Below are positions 8,504 to 18,724 of a DNA stretch of 64,000 nucleotides, piece after piece; within the stretch, counting starts at the first letter, position 1; every line of letters starts with the position of its first letter. The DNA is from Candidatus Omnitrophota bacterium (GTDB taxonomy: Bacteria > Omnitrophota > Gorgyraeia > B26-G9 > JBDRCZ01): positions 4,302-68,301 of the forward strand of contig JBDRCZ010000109.1 of assembly GCA_043821285.1 (NCBI GenBank), read 5' to 3'. The notes beneath the pieces were generated by a model. It searched no databases. It saw nothing but the letters and a program-made list of their open reading frames with translations, and was not told the DNA's origin. Position numbers and translations under genes: made by a program.

Positions 8504-10204
8504 ATGTGTATGCTTGTATTAGAAAATATCAGTAAAAGATTTGTCAAAGCAACGGATAAAGATTGTAAACCAGCGTATTTCTGGGCATTGAAGAATATGA
8601 GTTTTAGTATTGCACAAGGTGAAATTTTTGGTATCATCGGCAGAAATGGTGCAGGCAAGACAACCCTTTTAAACATTATTGCCGGGATTACTTCTCCGAC
8701 AGAAGGACAGATTAAACTGCAGGGTAAGGTTTCGAGTCTATTTAACTTAGGCACGGGTTTTCAGCATGAGTTAAGTGGCGCAGAGAATATTTATTTAAAC
8801 GGTGCAATTTTAGGCATGCGCCAGACTGAAATCCAGAATAAATACCGCAATATTGTTGAATTTTCCGAGCTGGATGAATTTATTAATATGCCTTTAGGAA
8901 ATTATTCGCAGGGCATGCAGCTCAGGCTTGGGTTTAGCATTGCCATACATTTAGATTTTGATTTATTAATTATCGATGAAGTGCTTACGGTTGGTGACGG
9001 GGCATTTCAGGATAAATGTTTTACAAAACTTACAGAATTTAGACAACAGGGTAAGACAATGATTATTACCACCCAGTCTTTAGGCCTCATTGAGAGGCTA
9101 TCAACCAAGGTGCTATTACTGGAGCAGGGTAGGAATTATGGATATGGCAGTCCGGAAAAGGTAATTGCCGCCTATAAAAAATTATTAAATGAGCACAGAA
9201 AATTATCTGTTTTTCAAAATAATGACATTGTAAAAAAAACAATGTGGTGGTCATTGGATAAAGAAGAGTGGGGGAGAAGATCCGGCACTAAAGAAGTAAT
9301 TATCAAAAAAGTAAAAATGCTAAATCGATGGGGAAAGGGTGTTCAAGAGATAAAACCCAATGATTTTTTAAAAATAAAGGTATGCTTTTCAGTTAAGCAG
9401 ATGATAAAAGAGCCGCATTTTGGCATTGCCGTATTCCGGGAAGATGGGGTTTATTGTTATGGTCCTAATACCATGTTTGATAGTCTTATGTTTGAGAGAT
9501 TAACTATGGGAGAAGGATGGTTTAGTCTTGAGTATAAACGATTTATTCTAATGCCGGGCAAGTATTATTTTTCTGTAATTATCTGGGACAAAAAAGAGGT
9601 ATTAGCCTATGATTGTTTTAAAGGATATTTTAAATTAGAAGTAATTGGGGAAAATAGGGATAATCAACTGCTGAGTCTTAAATCCAGGTTTCATGATCAG
9701 AAGTTTTGGTGGATAAAAAATAACCATTTAAGTAACGGTTTTTTAAATCACGCCGTGCTGAGTGATAAATGGCAAAAAGAATATAATTCTCAACAGGCCG
9801 AAATAAAAAGCGTCCGATTTTTAGATCGTCAGAATAATTTTAAAACAGAATTTTGTACCGAAGAAAAGATGCAGATAAAGATAGATTTTTTTATTCCCGA
9901 CATGGTTAAAAATAATACCCTGTGCTTATGGATAGGAATCTTCCGTGATGACGGTATTTTTTGCCATTCGCGCTATAAAAAGGTAAAACCAACAGATAAA
10001 TCATTCACTTTAATCTATCCGAAATTATTATTGTTACCCGGGGAATACCGGGTTTCTATTGTGATATATGATAAAAATAAAGATGATTTTTTAATTATCA
10101 ATCACGGCAGATATCCTTTTAGAGTATACTTTACACGCCCGGACCATGGCACAGTTTATTTAACACACCAATGGCGCTATAAATTGCCAGATAGTGTCAC
10201 ATAG
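8504..10204 (+). CDS. wzt: Polysaccharide ABC transporter ATPase Wzt with two C-terminal Wzt_C-like domains
   Basis: GRNGAGKTT, YSQGMQLRLGF, IIDEVLTVGD; two repeats of GI..FR.DG..C...L.PG.Y..S..I.D. Confidence 0.9.
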   Translation: MCMLVLENISKRFVKATDKDCKPAYFWALKNMSFSIAQGEIFGIIGRNGAGKTTLLNIIAGITSPTEGQIKLQGKVSSLFNLGTGFQHELSGAENIYLNGAILGMRQTEIQNKYRNIVEFSELDEFINMPLGNYSQGMQLRLGFSIAIHLDFDLLIIDEVLTVGDGAFQDKCFTKLTEFRQQGKTMIITTQSLGLIERLSTKVLLLEQGRNYGYGSPEKVIAAYKKLLNEHRKLSVFQNNDIVKKTMWWSLDKEEWGRRSGTKEVIIKKVKMLNRWGKGVQEIKPNDFLKIKVCFSVKQMIKEPHFGIAVFREDGVYCYGPNTMFDSLMFERLTMGEGWFSLEYKRFILMPGKYYFSVIIWDKKEVLAYDCFKGYFKLEVIGENRDNQLLSLKSRFHDQKFWWIKNNHLSNGFLNHAVLSDKWQKEYNSQQAEIKSVRFLDRQNNFKTEFCTEEKMQIKIDFFIPDMVKNNTLCLWIGIFRDDGIFCHSRYKKVKPTDKSFTLIYPKLLLLPGEYRVSIVIYDKNKDDFLIINHGRYPFRVYFTRPDHGTVYLTHQWRYKLPDSVT

Positions 10205-10327
10205 AAAATGAAAAACAGGAAAAGAATAAACCACAGAGGACATAGAGAACGAAGAATAAGATTATTCTCTAACTCTATTACACTCAAGTTACTCTGTGAC
10301 CTCTGTGGTTGAGTATTTGATAGAACC
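10190..10327. mobile_element. Miniature element with degenerate termini and an empty internal inverted-repeat pair
   Basis: gatagtgtca...tttgatagaacc ends; inner aaccacagaggacatagag (10229) / ctctgtgacctctgtggtt (10310). Confidence 0.6.
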
Positions 10328-10335
10328 TAATTAGC

Positions 10336-11988
10336 ATGCGGAGAGAGGGAATGAAGCTTCCTATTGTTAGTATAATCGTAGTCAATTTCAACGGCAAAAA
10401 GTATCTAAGAGACTGCTTTACATCCTTAGCTAATCTAAATTATCCCAAAGATAAAATAGAGATAATTATGGTGGATAATGGTTCTACAGACGGTTCGTTA
10501 GAGTATACGGAGAAACATTTTTCAGAAGTAAAGATTATTAAAAATGACATTAACAATTACTGCCGGGCGAATAATTTAGGGATAAAACAAGCTAAAGGGG
10601 AATTTATTCTTTTACAAAATAATGATGTTGTAGCAGAAAAGGATGTGTTGAGAGAATTAATGTTAGTCATTAGCCAAGATAATAAGATCGGTGCAGTTAC
10701 CGGTAAGATCTTATTCCCTGACGGAAAGATACAGTGTGTGGGGCATTATATGATGCCAAATTATTACTGGGCAGACCGTGGATTTAGAGAGGATGACCAT
10801 GGGCAGTATAACGAGGCAGAGGAAATCGATAGTCTTTCGCATTGTTTTGCTTTATATAGAAAAGAGTGTTTGAACAATGTAGGCGAGTTGGATGAGTCTT
10901 TTAATATGTATCTGGAAGACATTGATTTGTCGATACGGCAAAAACAAGAGCAATGGAAAATATTTTATGTTCCAAAAGCAGTTGTTTATCATAAATTTCA
11001 TGGTTCAGTAGATGAAAAAACAGTTGACTTTTACTGTGAAAGAAACAGACTGCTGTTAGTGGCTAAACATTACCCAGAAAAATTACCCCAGACATTATTG
11101 GGACAAGGATATTTTACAGTTTTAAGAGATGCTCGAAAAAGATTTATTGAGATTTTACCGGAAATATTTAATAAGATAAGTATTCACCATGGTCCGGCAA
11201 TGGTTATTCGTTTACTTCCGGATATTTTTAAAAATATGCAGGAGATAATGAATTATGAAAAAGATTATTTGGTAAAGCATATAGATGTATTAAAAAGCTA
11301 TATTAGCAGCAAAGAAGCAGAAATTATCCGTTTAAACGAAAGGATTGAGCAGGAGGTTCGTTTCATTGCCAAAAGGGATAAGATTATTAAAGACAGAGAG
11401 GAAGAAATTATCCGTTTAAACGAAAGGATTGAACAGGAAATAAGTTATGTTATCGAAAGGGATAAAATTATTGAAAATAAGGAACATATAATTGCAGATT
11501 TAAATGAGCGGATTAAATATGGTCATAGTGTTATTTTAGAAAGAGATGATACGATAAAGGGAAAGGAAGAGAAAATTATCTGCTTAGAAGAAGAGATTAA
11601 ACGGAAATTAAATATTATTACTGAGAGAAATAAGGTTATCAGTGAGAAACATAGAGAGATTATGCGGTTAAATTCAGAAATTCAAGAGATGCTTAATTCA
11701 GAAACATTTCGTTTTTTAATCTGTCCTGCCTGGAAGATGTTAGATAGAATCAAATTATTATTCAAAAAATGCAAGCAATGCATAGGTTCTTTTATATTTT
11801 TTATAAAAAAGATTATAAAAAATATCAGGCATGTTTTTACAAATTTAGCAGAAAAAGCTTCACAATCGATTAAATATATAATAAAAGCAATATTAGGTAA
11901 TATTATCTTTGTTTTTATAATTATATTATTTTTTATATTTATTGCGGTTCCGTTAAGGTTGAAAAAAATATTTAGGGTAAATGTATGA
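10336..11988 (+). CDS. GT2 glycosyltransferase with long C-terminal coiled coil and membrane anchor
   Basis: VSIIVVNFN, VDNGSTDGS, NND, YLEDIDL; 28-aa repeats; hydrophobic C-terminus. Confidence 0.88.
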   Translation: MRREGMKLPIVSIIVVNFNGKKYLRDCFTSLANLNYPKDKIEIIMVDNGSTDGSLEYTEKHFSEVKIIKNDINNYCRANNLGIKQAKGEFILLQNNDVVAEKDVLRELMLVISQDNKIGAVTGKILFPDGKIQCVGHYMMPNYYWADRGFREDDHGQYNEAEEIDSLSHCFALYRKECLNNVGELDESFNMYLEDIDLSIRQKQEQWKIFYVPKAVVYHKFHGSVDEKTVDFYCERNRLLLVAKHYPEKLPQTLLGQGYFTVLRDARKRFIEILPEIFNKISIHHGPAMVIRLLPDIFKNMQEIMNYEKDYLVKHIDVLKSYISSKEAEIIRLNERIEQEVRFIAKRDKIIKDREEEIIRLNERIEQEISYVIERDKIIENKEHIIADLNERIKYGHSVILERDDTIKGKEEKIICLEEEIKRKLNIITERNKVISEKHREIMRLNSEIQEMLNSETFRFLICPAWKMLDRIKLLFKKCKQCIGSFIFFIKKIIKNIRHVFTNLAEKASQSIKYIIKAILGNIIFVFIIILFFIFIAVPLRLKKIFRVNV

Positions 11989-13166
11989 ATATTCTTTTTC
12001 TTTCCCGCGATTATCCCCCTGGACATGTTGGCGGGGTAGGGACATATGTTTATGAAATGTCACGCCTTTTAGCAAAAATAGGACACAAGGTGTTTGTGAT
12101 AACAGAATCTCAGGATGGACCGCTTGATTATATAGAACAGGGCGTACATATTTTTAGAGTTCCATATACTAAAAATAAGTTATTGAATTATGCCCGTCAG
12201 AAACTACCTGGTTTTATAGAAAGAGTGGAATATAGCTATATCGTATCGAAAAAAATACAAGAAGTTGTTTTAAAGCATAAAATTGACATTGTCGAAAGTT
12301 GTGAAGCACGCGCCGAAGGATTTTTATATTATCTTTTTAAAAGAAAACCGCCTTTGGTAATAAAACTTCATACCCCTGAAGGTATAGTATCTAAGTTGAA
12401 CCGTGATCCACAAACAAAGGACCGCCAATTGCTTGAAAAGTTAGAGGAATGGTGGATTTGCCGTGCGCATAGAGTAATCGGACTTAGTCAAGCAATTGCT
12501 AGTCTAACAAGACAGCATTACCAGATCAGACTTAAGAACCTGCCTATTGTATCAAATCCTCTTGATATCGAATATTTTAGACCCAGACAATGTTTAAATA
12601 ATCACAAGACAGTTTTGTATATAGGCCGGCTGGAGTTTCGTAAGGGTGTTCATGTGCTCATTCGTGCAATCCCCGGTATTTTAAAAGAAGTTCCTCAGGT
12701 AAAATTTATTTTTGTAGGTGATGACTGTGGAATGAAAGCCTATCTTAGAGATACCGTAGAGCGTTTCAATGTTAGCGATTCCGTAGAATTTCTTGACCAA
12801 ATGCCAAGAGATAAATTAATTGGTTATTATCAGCAAAGTAGTGTTTGTGTTGTCCCGTCTCTTTGGGAAAATCAGCCGTATGTAATCTTAGAGGCAATGG
12901 CTTGCGGAAAACCGGTTATTGCCAGTGATACCGGCGGAATCTCTGAAATTATCAAAGACAAAGTCAACGGGCTTTTAGTTGCCCCGGGGAGTGTAATAGA
13001 TTTAACAGAAATAATAATAAAAGTATTAGTTGATAGACAATTACAAGAAAAATTAGGTGATAATGCCAGAAAATTTATTGAAAATACATACTCCCCAATA
13101 ACAGTTGTTAAAAGCAGCTTAAAAATATATGAAAGATTTGTAAAGAATGTTTCCATTTTGCCCTAA
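11985..13166 (+). CDS. GT4 glycosyltransferase
   Basis: GGVGTY, GRLEFRKG, PSLWENQPYVILEAMACG. Confidence 0.9.
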   Translation: MNILFLSRDYPPGHVGGVGTYVYEMSRLLAKIGHKVFVITESQDGPLDYIEQGVHIFRVPYTKNKLLNYARQKLPGFIERVEYSYIVSKKIQEVVLKHKIDIVESCEARAEGFLYYLFKRKPPLVIKLHTPEGIVSKLNRDPQTKDRQLLEKLEEWWICRAHRVIGLSQAIASLTRQHYQIRLKNLPIVSNPLDIEYFRPRQCLNNHKTVLYIGRLEFRKGVHVLIRAIPGILKEVPQVKFIFVGDDCGMKAYLRDTVERFNVSDSVEFLDQMPRDKLIGYYQQSSVCVVPSLWENQPYVILEAMACGKPVIASDTGGISEIIKDKVNGLLVAPGSVIDLTEIIIKVLVDRQLQEKLGDNARKFIENTYSPITVVKSSLKIYERFVKNVSILP

Positions 13167-14118
13167 ACCAAAGATTATGGTTTTTTTTACTACTTTTCGA
13201 TGTAACTTACGCTGCGCAATGTGCTATGCATGGATTAAACAGAAAAAAACTAAGGAACTTACAGTTGAGCAAATTCAAGAGCTATTTTGCGATAAACTTA
13301 TTAGGGATAATTTAGAGATTATAAACATTACTGGTGGAGAGCCGACATTAAGAGATGATCTTAGTGAGATTGCTAAAATAATTTTGAGCAATTGTAAACG
13401 GCTCAGACGTATTGACATATCTACCAATGGCGTTAATACCTCAGAGATAATTGATCAACTCGAACGCATCTTGGCGTTGGCTTTGCCAACAAATGTTAGG
13501 CTAACAGCAAATATTTCAATAGATGGTGTAGGAGAAACACATGAGCGGGTGAGAGGCGTTTCAGGTATATTTACTAAAGTCGAACAAACCGTAGAAGGGC
13601 TGAGAGAATTAATGCGATTATATCCATTTTTTTCTCTCGGTTTTAATATGACCATAAGCAGAATAAATTATCATGTAATAGAAGAGGTAAGAAAATATGC
13701 AAAACAAAAAGGCATTGGTGTTAACTTTACCTTGGCAGCAATTTCAGATATTGGGGTAGAGAGTTCTCGAGTAAAAGAGAAATTCATGATAGATCAAGAC
13801 AAAAACAATGCACTCATAGCATCTTTAAACGAATTATTAAAAACAAAAAATGGGGACTTACGTTATTTGAAATTGATTCTTACATGGCTTAAGACCGGAA
13901 GACGTAATGATTATTGTGCGTTTAGGCAAGGCAAGGCTTTTCTTTTAGAGCCTGATGGCGAAATGTATGCATGTGGTAATTTTAGGGAGTCCAGAATTGG
14001 TAATGTTACTCAGTCGCCATTGGAGAAAATATGGATGAGAGCCGGCAAAGCATGGAAAGCTATCTCCATTAAATGCAGCACTTGCGTTAGTAACTGTTAT
14101 ATAGATAAGGCAAAGTGA
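13147..14118 (+). CDS. Radical SAM protein with SPASM/twitch domain
   Basis: CNLRCAMC, TGGEPTL, C-terminal Cys cluster (YC...EPDGEMYAC...CSTCVSNC). Confidence 0.88.
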   Translation: MFPFCPKPKIMVFFTTFRCNLRCAMCYAWIKQKKTKELTVEQIQELFCDKLIRDNLEIINITGGEPTLRDDLSEIAKIILSNCKRLRRIDISTNGVNTSEIIDQLERILALALPTNVRLTANISIDGVGETHERVRGVSGIFTKVEQTVEGLRELMRLYPFFSLGFNMTISRINYHVIEEVRKYAKQKGIGVNFTLAAISDIGVESSRVKEKFMIDQDKNNALIASLNELLKTKNGDLRYLKLILTWLKTGRRNDYCAFRQGKAFLLEPDGEMYACGNFRESRIGNVTQSPLEKIWMRAGKAWKAISIKCSTCVSNCYIDKAK

Positions 14119-14119
14119 T

Positions 14120-14341
14120 GGTAGTGTCAAAAATAAAATAAAAAACCGGAAAGCAACCACAGAACCACGGATGACACAAAAGAAAAGTAAATCTTAACCA
14201 CAGTGTACACAGATAAGCATAAGAATTTTAAAGAGAAAAAATCTGAGATAATCAGTGGTGAATAAATCTGTGGTTGCTTATGACCTATGGTTACTTGTAG
14301 TCTTGAATGCTTGTACTCTGTGAGTGCTTAAAAAATATACG
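14120..14341. mobile_element. Miniature element with intact left terminus and deleted right terminus
   Basis: ggtagtgtcaaaaataaaat left end, inner accacag/ctgtggt hairpins, aaagtgat repeated at 14112-14119 and 14342-14349. Confidence 0.75.
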
Positions 14342-14363
14342 AAAGTGATTTAGGAGGCAATTT

Positions 14364-15767
14364 GTGAAAATCGCTCTTGTACAGTGTCCAGCTTGGACAA
14401 CCGAAAGTCCTACTTATGGGTTAGCATTATTAACCGCAGCATTAAAGAAAAGGGGGCATGAGGTACTATGCTTTGATTTTAATATTGAATTATATAGATT
14501 TTGTAAAGAACAACAGAACCAACATAGGAGTGTGATTAACGAGGAATCGTGGTCAATGGATTTTAGAGGAAGTGTCTGGTATGAGAAGGATAGTGTATTA
14601 AATTTTATAAATAGATTTGAAGTTTATATAGACGGACTTGTAGAGTTAGTTGTCCGTTCACCGGTACAAATTATCGGGTTTTCTGTGCAAAGTACTTCAA
14701 AATTTTTTAGTCTCGAATTTGCCCGCAGAATAAAGGAAAAAGATAAGAATAAAACTATTGTTTTTGGCGGACATTTGTGTTTTAGGAATTGTTATGGCAT
14801 AAATATGTTGAAAGATTTTCAATTTTTAGATTTTGTGTGCTTTGGAGAGGCAGAGGAATCCTTTCCCGATTTGGTAGGACGATTAGAGAAAAATGAGCAT
14901 ATTGAGTCTTACGCAGGATTTGGGCATTGTCTAAAAGATGGTACGATAATCGACGGTGGAGATGGGGAATTAATAGAAAATTTAGATGAAAAACCTTTTG
15001 CGGATTATTCTATCTTTTGTTTAGAAAAATATACAAAAAGTCTACTGCCTATTTCTACTAGCAGGGGTTGTATAAATAGATGCAGTTTTTGTAATGAAAG
15101 CCCTCATTGGGGGAGGTACAGGAGAAGGAGTGCACAAAATATTCTTGCCGAGATAATGTATCAAATAGAAAAGTATCCCCATATAGAAATGTTTTGGTTT
15201 AATGATTCTTTAATTAATGGGGATATTAAAATGCTAAATGAATTATGTGATTTATTAATTTCAAATAAAATTAGAATTAATTGGGGTGGGCAAGGGATAA
15301 TTTGTAACGAAATGAAAAGAGAGTTCTTGCAAAAAATGAAGTTAGCGGGTTGCAGTGTAATAAGTTATGGTGTTGAAAGTGGTAGTACTAAGCTATTGAG
15401 GTTAATGCAAAAAAAATATACGGCAGAGCTATCCGAAGAGGTAATACGCAATACTTTCAAAACAGGCATAAGTGTGATTTTTAATATAATTGTAGGCTTT
15501 CCAAGCGAAACGGAAAATGAATTTAAGAAGACCAGAGATTTTATCAGGCATTGCAGAAAATATGCGAGCCATATAGAACTGGTGTCATTACTTCTATTAA
15601 AAGATTCATATTTATATAACAACCTTGAAAAATTTAACATTGCTCCTATGGAATCTAACGACTCCGATTGGCAGTTAAAATGGAAGACAAATGATAACCT
15701 AAATACTTATAGCATACGTAAGCAACGTTTGGAGGAGTTAAAGAAAATAATGGAAGAAGCATTTTAG
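14364..15767 (+). CDS. Cobalamin-binding radical SAM protein
   Basis: N-terminal B12-binding-like domain (GLALL, VFGG, GEAE), SRGCINRCSFC, GVESGS. Confidence 0.88.
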   Translation: MKIALVQCPAWTTESPTYGLALLTAALKKRGHEVLCFDFNIELYRFCKEQQNQHRSVINEESWSMDFRGSVWYEKDSVLNFINRFEVYIDGLVELVVRSPVQIIGFSVQSTSKFFSLEFARRIKEKDKNKTIVFGGHLCFRNCYGINMLKDFQFLDFVCFGEAEESFPDLVGRLEKNEHIESYAGFGHCLKDGTIIDGGDGELIENLDEKPFADYSIFCLEKYTKSLLPISTSRGCINRCSFCNESPHWGRYRRRSAQNILAEIMYQIEKYPHIEMFWFNDSLINGDIKMLNELCDLLISNKIRINWGGQGIICNEMKREFLQKMKLAGCSVISYGVESGSTKLLRLMQKKYTAELSEEVIRNTFKTGISVIFNIIVGFPSETENEFKKTRDFIRHCRKYASHIELVSLLLLKDSYLYNNLEKFNIAPMESNDSDWQLKWKTNDNLNTYSIRKQRLEELKKIMEEAF

Positions 15768-15795
15768 GTTAGAAGTTTTCGGCTAATAGTTTAAC

Positions 15796-17418
15796 TTGAA
15801 GATTAGAGAAATAACTAAAATGGATAAAAAATATTTTATTACGTTGTTATTGATAGCATTTTTTGGCTTTCTATTGCGCGCTTTTTTCCCTGGGAAAATT
15901 TTAGTAGAAAATGATGCCGTATTGTATACCGAAATTGTAAAAATTGTACATGGCATTAATCCGTTTCCCCATTTTACATTTAAATGGACACCCGTTTTTT
16001 TATCAGGATATTATGGGTGGTTTTTATCAGATTTAAGAGCCTCTATCTATTTTATTTTACCTTTTTTAAAAGTTCAGTTTTATTTTACAGTGTTACTTGG
16101 CGTCGCCTTGGTTTTTTCTACTTATAGACTTGCGATGAGGCTGTACGGTGATAATAATGTTGCAATACTATCAAGTTTTATAATCTCGATAATACCGATA
16201 CATGTAAGTATGAGTTATGGCCTTTCAGCTGAAATTCCGCAAACATTTTTACTTTTAGAGTCATTCAATTTTTTAATAGATTTTATTAATAAGCAGAAAT
16301 TAAGGGATTTTTTCATTTCTGGAGTTTTATTTGCTTTTTCTATACAATCCAAGATGCTGTCAATATTATTAATGCCGAGTATTTGTTTTTTGGTTTTTAT
16401 AAATAAAAAGCTTATTAACGGCAGCATTTTAAAATTTTTAATGCTTTATTTTATTCTCCCATTCATAATCTGGTTATCTTGGGCAATACCTAATTTTTAT
16501 AGAATATTTGGCAATTATGCACATTCTCTATCATCTTTTATATTAAATATAGGTTCAGAGTCAATGAAGATTAGTTTAATTGATTCGCATTTGGAGTTTT
16601 TATCAGTAGGAGGTATTTATTTATTTGCCTTCTCTCTATTGTGTCTTCTGGGGCTTCACAAGAAGCAAGATATATTTATTTTGTTTTCTATAGCAATCCC
16701 TTTACTTGTTTTGCATTTTCTGAAAGATGCAATGACTTATTGGTTACCTTTCATAGTTCCGTTTTATAGTATTGCTATGGCCAGGGCATTTTTTGGCATA
16801 AGGGTTAGATTTATCAAAGCCATGTTATTAGTGATTTTTATCTATTTTGTGGGTATTTGTTTAAGAACAAATATTATAAATTTACATTTTGATTTCAATA
16901 GTCAAGCGGGATTTTATATGAGGCCAAGTACAAGATGGATGATGTTTCCTCTTGTGCAATGCCAAGTAAATTTAGACACGGTAAAAGAACTTAGAAAGAT
17001 TATAGACGAAGACGATGTTGTTTTTTTATCGCATACCTTTGAAAGCTATAAAGGTTTCTTAATGGATATAGACACAAAATCTCTACCTGTTTATAGAAAT
17101 ATTAAACAAGGTACTTTTGAGTATAAAAGGGATTGGGTAAGAGAAGTAAGTAAAATTATAAACGATGCCTTTAGTGATAAGAGCAGAAGAGCGTTACTTG
17201 TACTCCAAGACGGCGGTTATTATTACCGTGTCCATGATAAGGGAGTCTGGCTTGAAACGCACCAAGATCAACTTTTGGAAGCAGCTGGTTTCAAAAAAAT
17301 ATACGAAAAAACGTATCCTGATAAGGAAACTATTGATAAATCCAGAAGATACTATAAACATTCTTCTGCACAGTCTCAATGGGCAAAAAATTATATATTT
17401 GTAAAAGAATATAAGTGA
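15796..17418 (+). CDS. ArnT/PMT-like integral membrane glycosyltransferase (GT-C)
   Basis: ENDAVLY after first TM, many TM helices, SIQSK motif, soluble C-terminal domain. Confidence 0.65.
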   Translation: MKIREITKMDKKYFITLLLIAFFGFLLRAFFPGKILVENDAVLYTEIVKIVHGINPFPHFTFKWTPVFLSGYYGWFLSDLRASIYFILPFLKVQFYFTVLLGVALVFSTYRLAMRLYGDNNVAILSSFIISIIPIHVSMSYGLSAEIPQTFLLLESFNFLIDFINKQKLRDFFISGVLFAFSIQSKMLSILLMPSICFLVFINKKLINGSILKFLMLYFILPFIIWLSWAIPNFYRIFGNYAHSLSSFILNIGSESMKISLIDSHLEFLSVGGIYLFAFSLLCLLGLHKKQDIFILFSIAIPLLVLHFLKDAMTYWLPFIVPFYSIAMARAFFGIRVRFIKAMLLVIFIYFVGICLRTNIINLHFDFNSQAGFYMRPSTRWMMFPLVQCQVNLDTVKELRKIIDEDDVVFLSHTFESYKGFLMDIDTKSLPVYRNIKQGTFEYKRDWVREVSKIINDAFSDKSRRALLVLQDGGYYYRVHDKGVWLETHQDQLLEAAGFKKIYEKTYPDKETIDKSRRYYKHSSAQSQWAKNYIFVKEYK

Positions 17419-17476
17419 ACGTGAGAATGCTTTTACTTTCTCGTTTTTTGTAAATGTACATACCGATTAAGCAAAT

Positions 17477-18724
17477 TTGAGTATAAAAAAGGAGACGATT
17501 TTGAATATATGCCTTATTTCCCGTGAATATCCGGGCGAGACCGGCTGGGGGGGGATAGGTACTTATACTTATCATCTGGCGCATGGATTATCAAAACTGG
17601 GACATAAGGTCGTGGTTATTACTCAGGGGCTTGAGGCAGATAAAGAATACATGGATAAGAGTGTCTGGATATATAGAACTAAACATAAGATTTTGTTTGA
17701 ACATAAAGAGTCCTTGAAAGATTTTTTTCAGCGTTTGGAATACAGTAAGACTGTATATGCAAAGATAAGCGAACTAATAACAAAATGGCGTTTTGATATT
17801 ATTGAAGGGCCGAACTTGTCCGGAGAAGCTTTTATCTACAGTTTATTTAAAAAAGCCCCTTTAGTAACACGGCTGCATACGCATTTTTCTGAGGTGATTT
17901 CTTTTTTAGGCTGGGAAATAACCCAAGACCTGCGGCTGAGCTGCTGGATAGAAGATGCCACGATTTTAAGAAGCGATCTGGTAACTTGTTCAACGCGGCA
18001 ACATGCTGGGATTATCTTTAGCAACTTGGTATCCTGTCCGGAAAATGTAGAAATAATCCCCCTGGGTGTTCCCTTACCAACATTAGACCGGCAAAATAAA
18101 GTTAATCAGGGTAAATGGAAAGTCTTATATGTGGGCAGGCTTGAAAAAAGAAAGGGTATACAAGTATTAATTAAAGCAATACCTGAAATATTACAGCAGG
18201 TTCCTGACACGGAATTTAATATTATTGGCCGGGATTCTTATGTTAATGGGGAGAGTGTTTCTTTTACTGGTCGCGCAGAGGATTCGTTTCAGCGTAAACT
18301 ATTGAAAGACATCCCGCGGCAATATTTAAAAAAAATTAAATTTATAGGATATGCAGAGGATAAGCAATTAGAAGAGTACTACCAGAGTTGTGACGTATTT
18401 GTAGCGCCGTCTTTGTATGAGTCATTCGGATTTATTTATATTGAGGCAATGTCCTATGCTAAGCCGGTTGTCGGATGCAGTGTTGGCGGGGTGCCGGAGG
18501 TTATAAAAGATGGAGAAACAGGAATATTGGTTGCGCCCGAGGACCATTATCAACTGACACAGGCAATTATCCGGTTATTAAAAAATAAAGAGTTAAGAGT
18601 GAGAATGGGAATTAATGCCAGAAAACATGTGGAAGCAAATTTTACCCGCGAACAGATGGTACAGAAAACCCTGGATACGTATAGAAAAGTTATTAACGTA
18701 AAGAATAATAAAAGAACCAGATGA
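17477..18724 (+). CDS. GT4 glycosyltransferase
   Basis: SREYPGETGWGGIG, GRLEKRKG, PSLYESFGFIYIEAM. Confidence 0.9.
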   Translation: MSIKKETILNICLISREYPGETGWGGIGTYTYHLAHGLSKLGHKVVVITQGLEADKEYMDKSVWIYRTKHKILFEHKESLKDFFQRLEYSKTVYAKISELITKWRFDIIEGPNLSGEAFIYSLFKKAPLVTRLHTHFSEVISFLGWEITQDLRLSCWIEDATILRSDLVTCSTRQHAGIIFSNLVSCPENVEIIPLGVPLPTLDRQNKVNQGKWKVLYVGRLEKRKGIQVLIKAIPEILQQVPDTEFNIIGRDSYVNGESVSFTGRAEDSFQRKLLKDIPRQYLKKIKFIGYAEDKQLEEYYQSCDVFVAPSLYESFGFIYIEAMSYAKPVVGCSVGGVPEVIKDGETGILVAPEDHYQLTQAIIRLLKNKELRVRMGINARKHVEANFTREQMVQKTLDTYRKVINVKNNKRTR

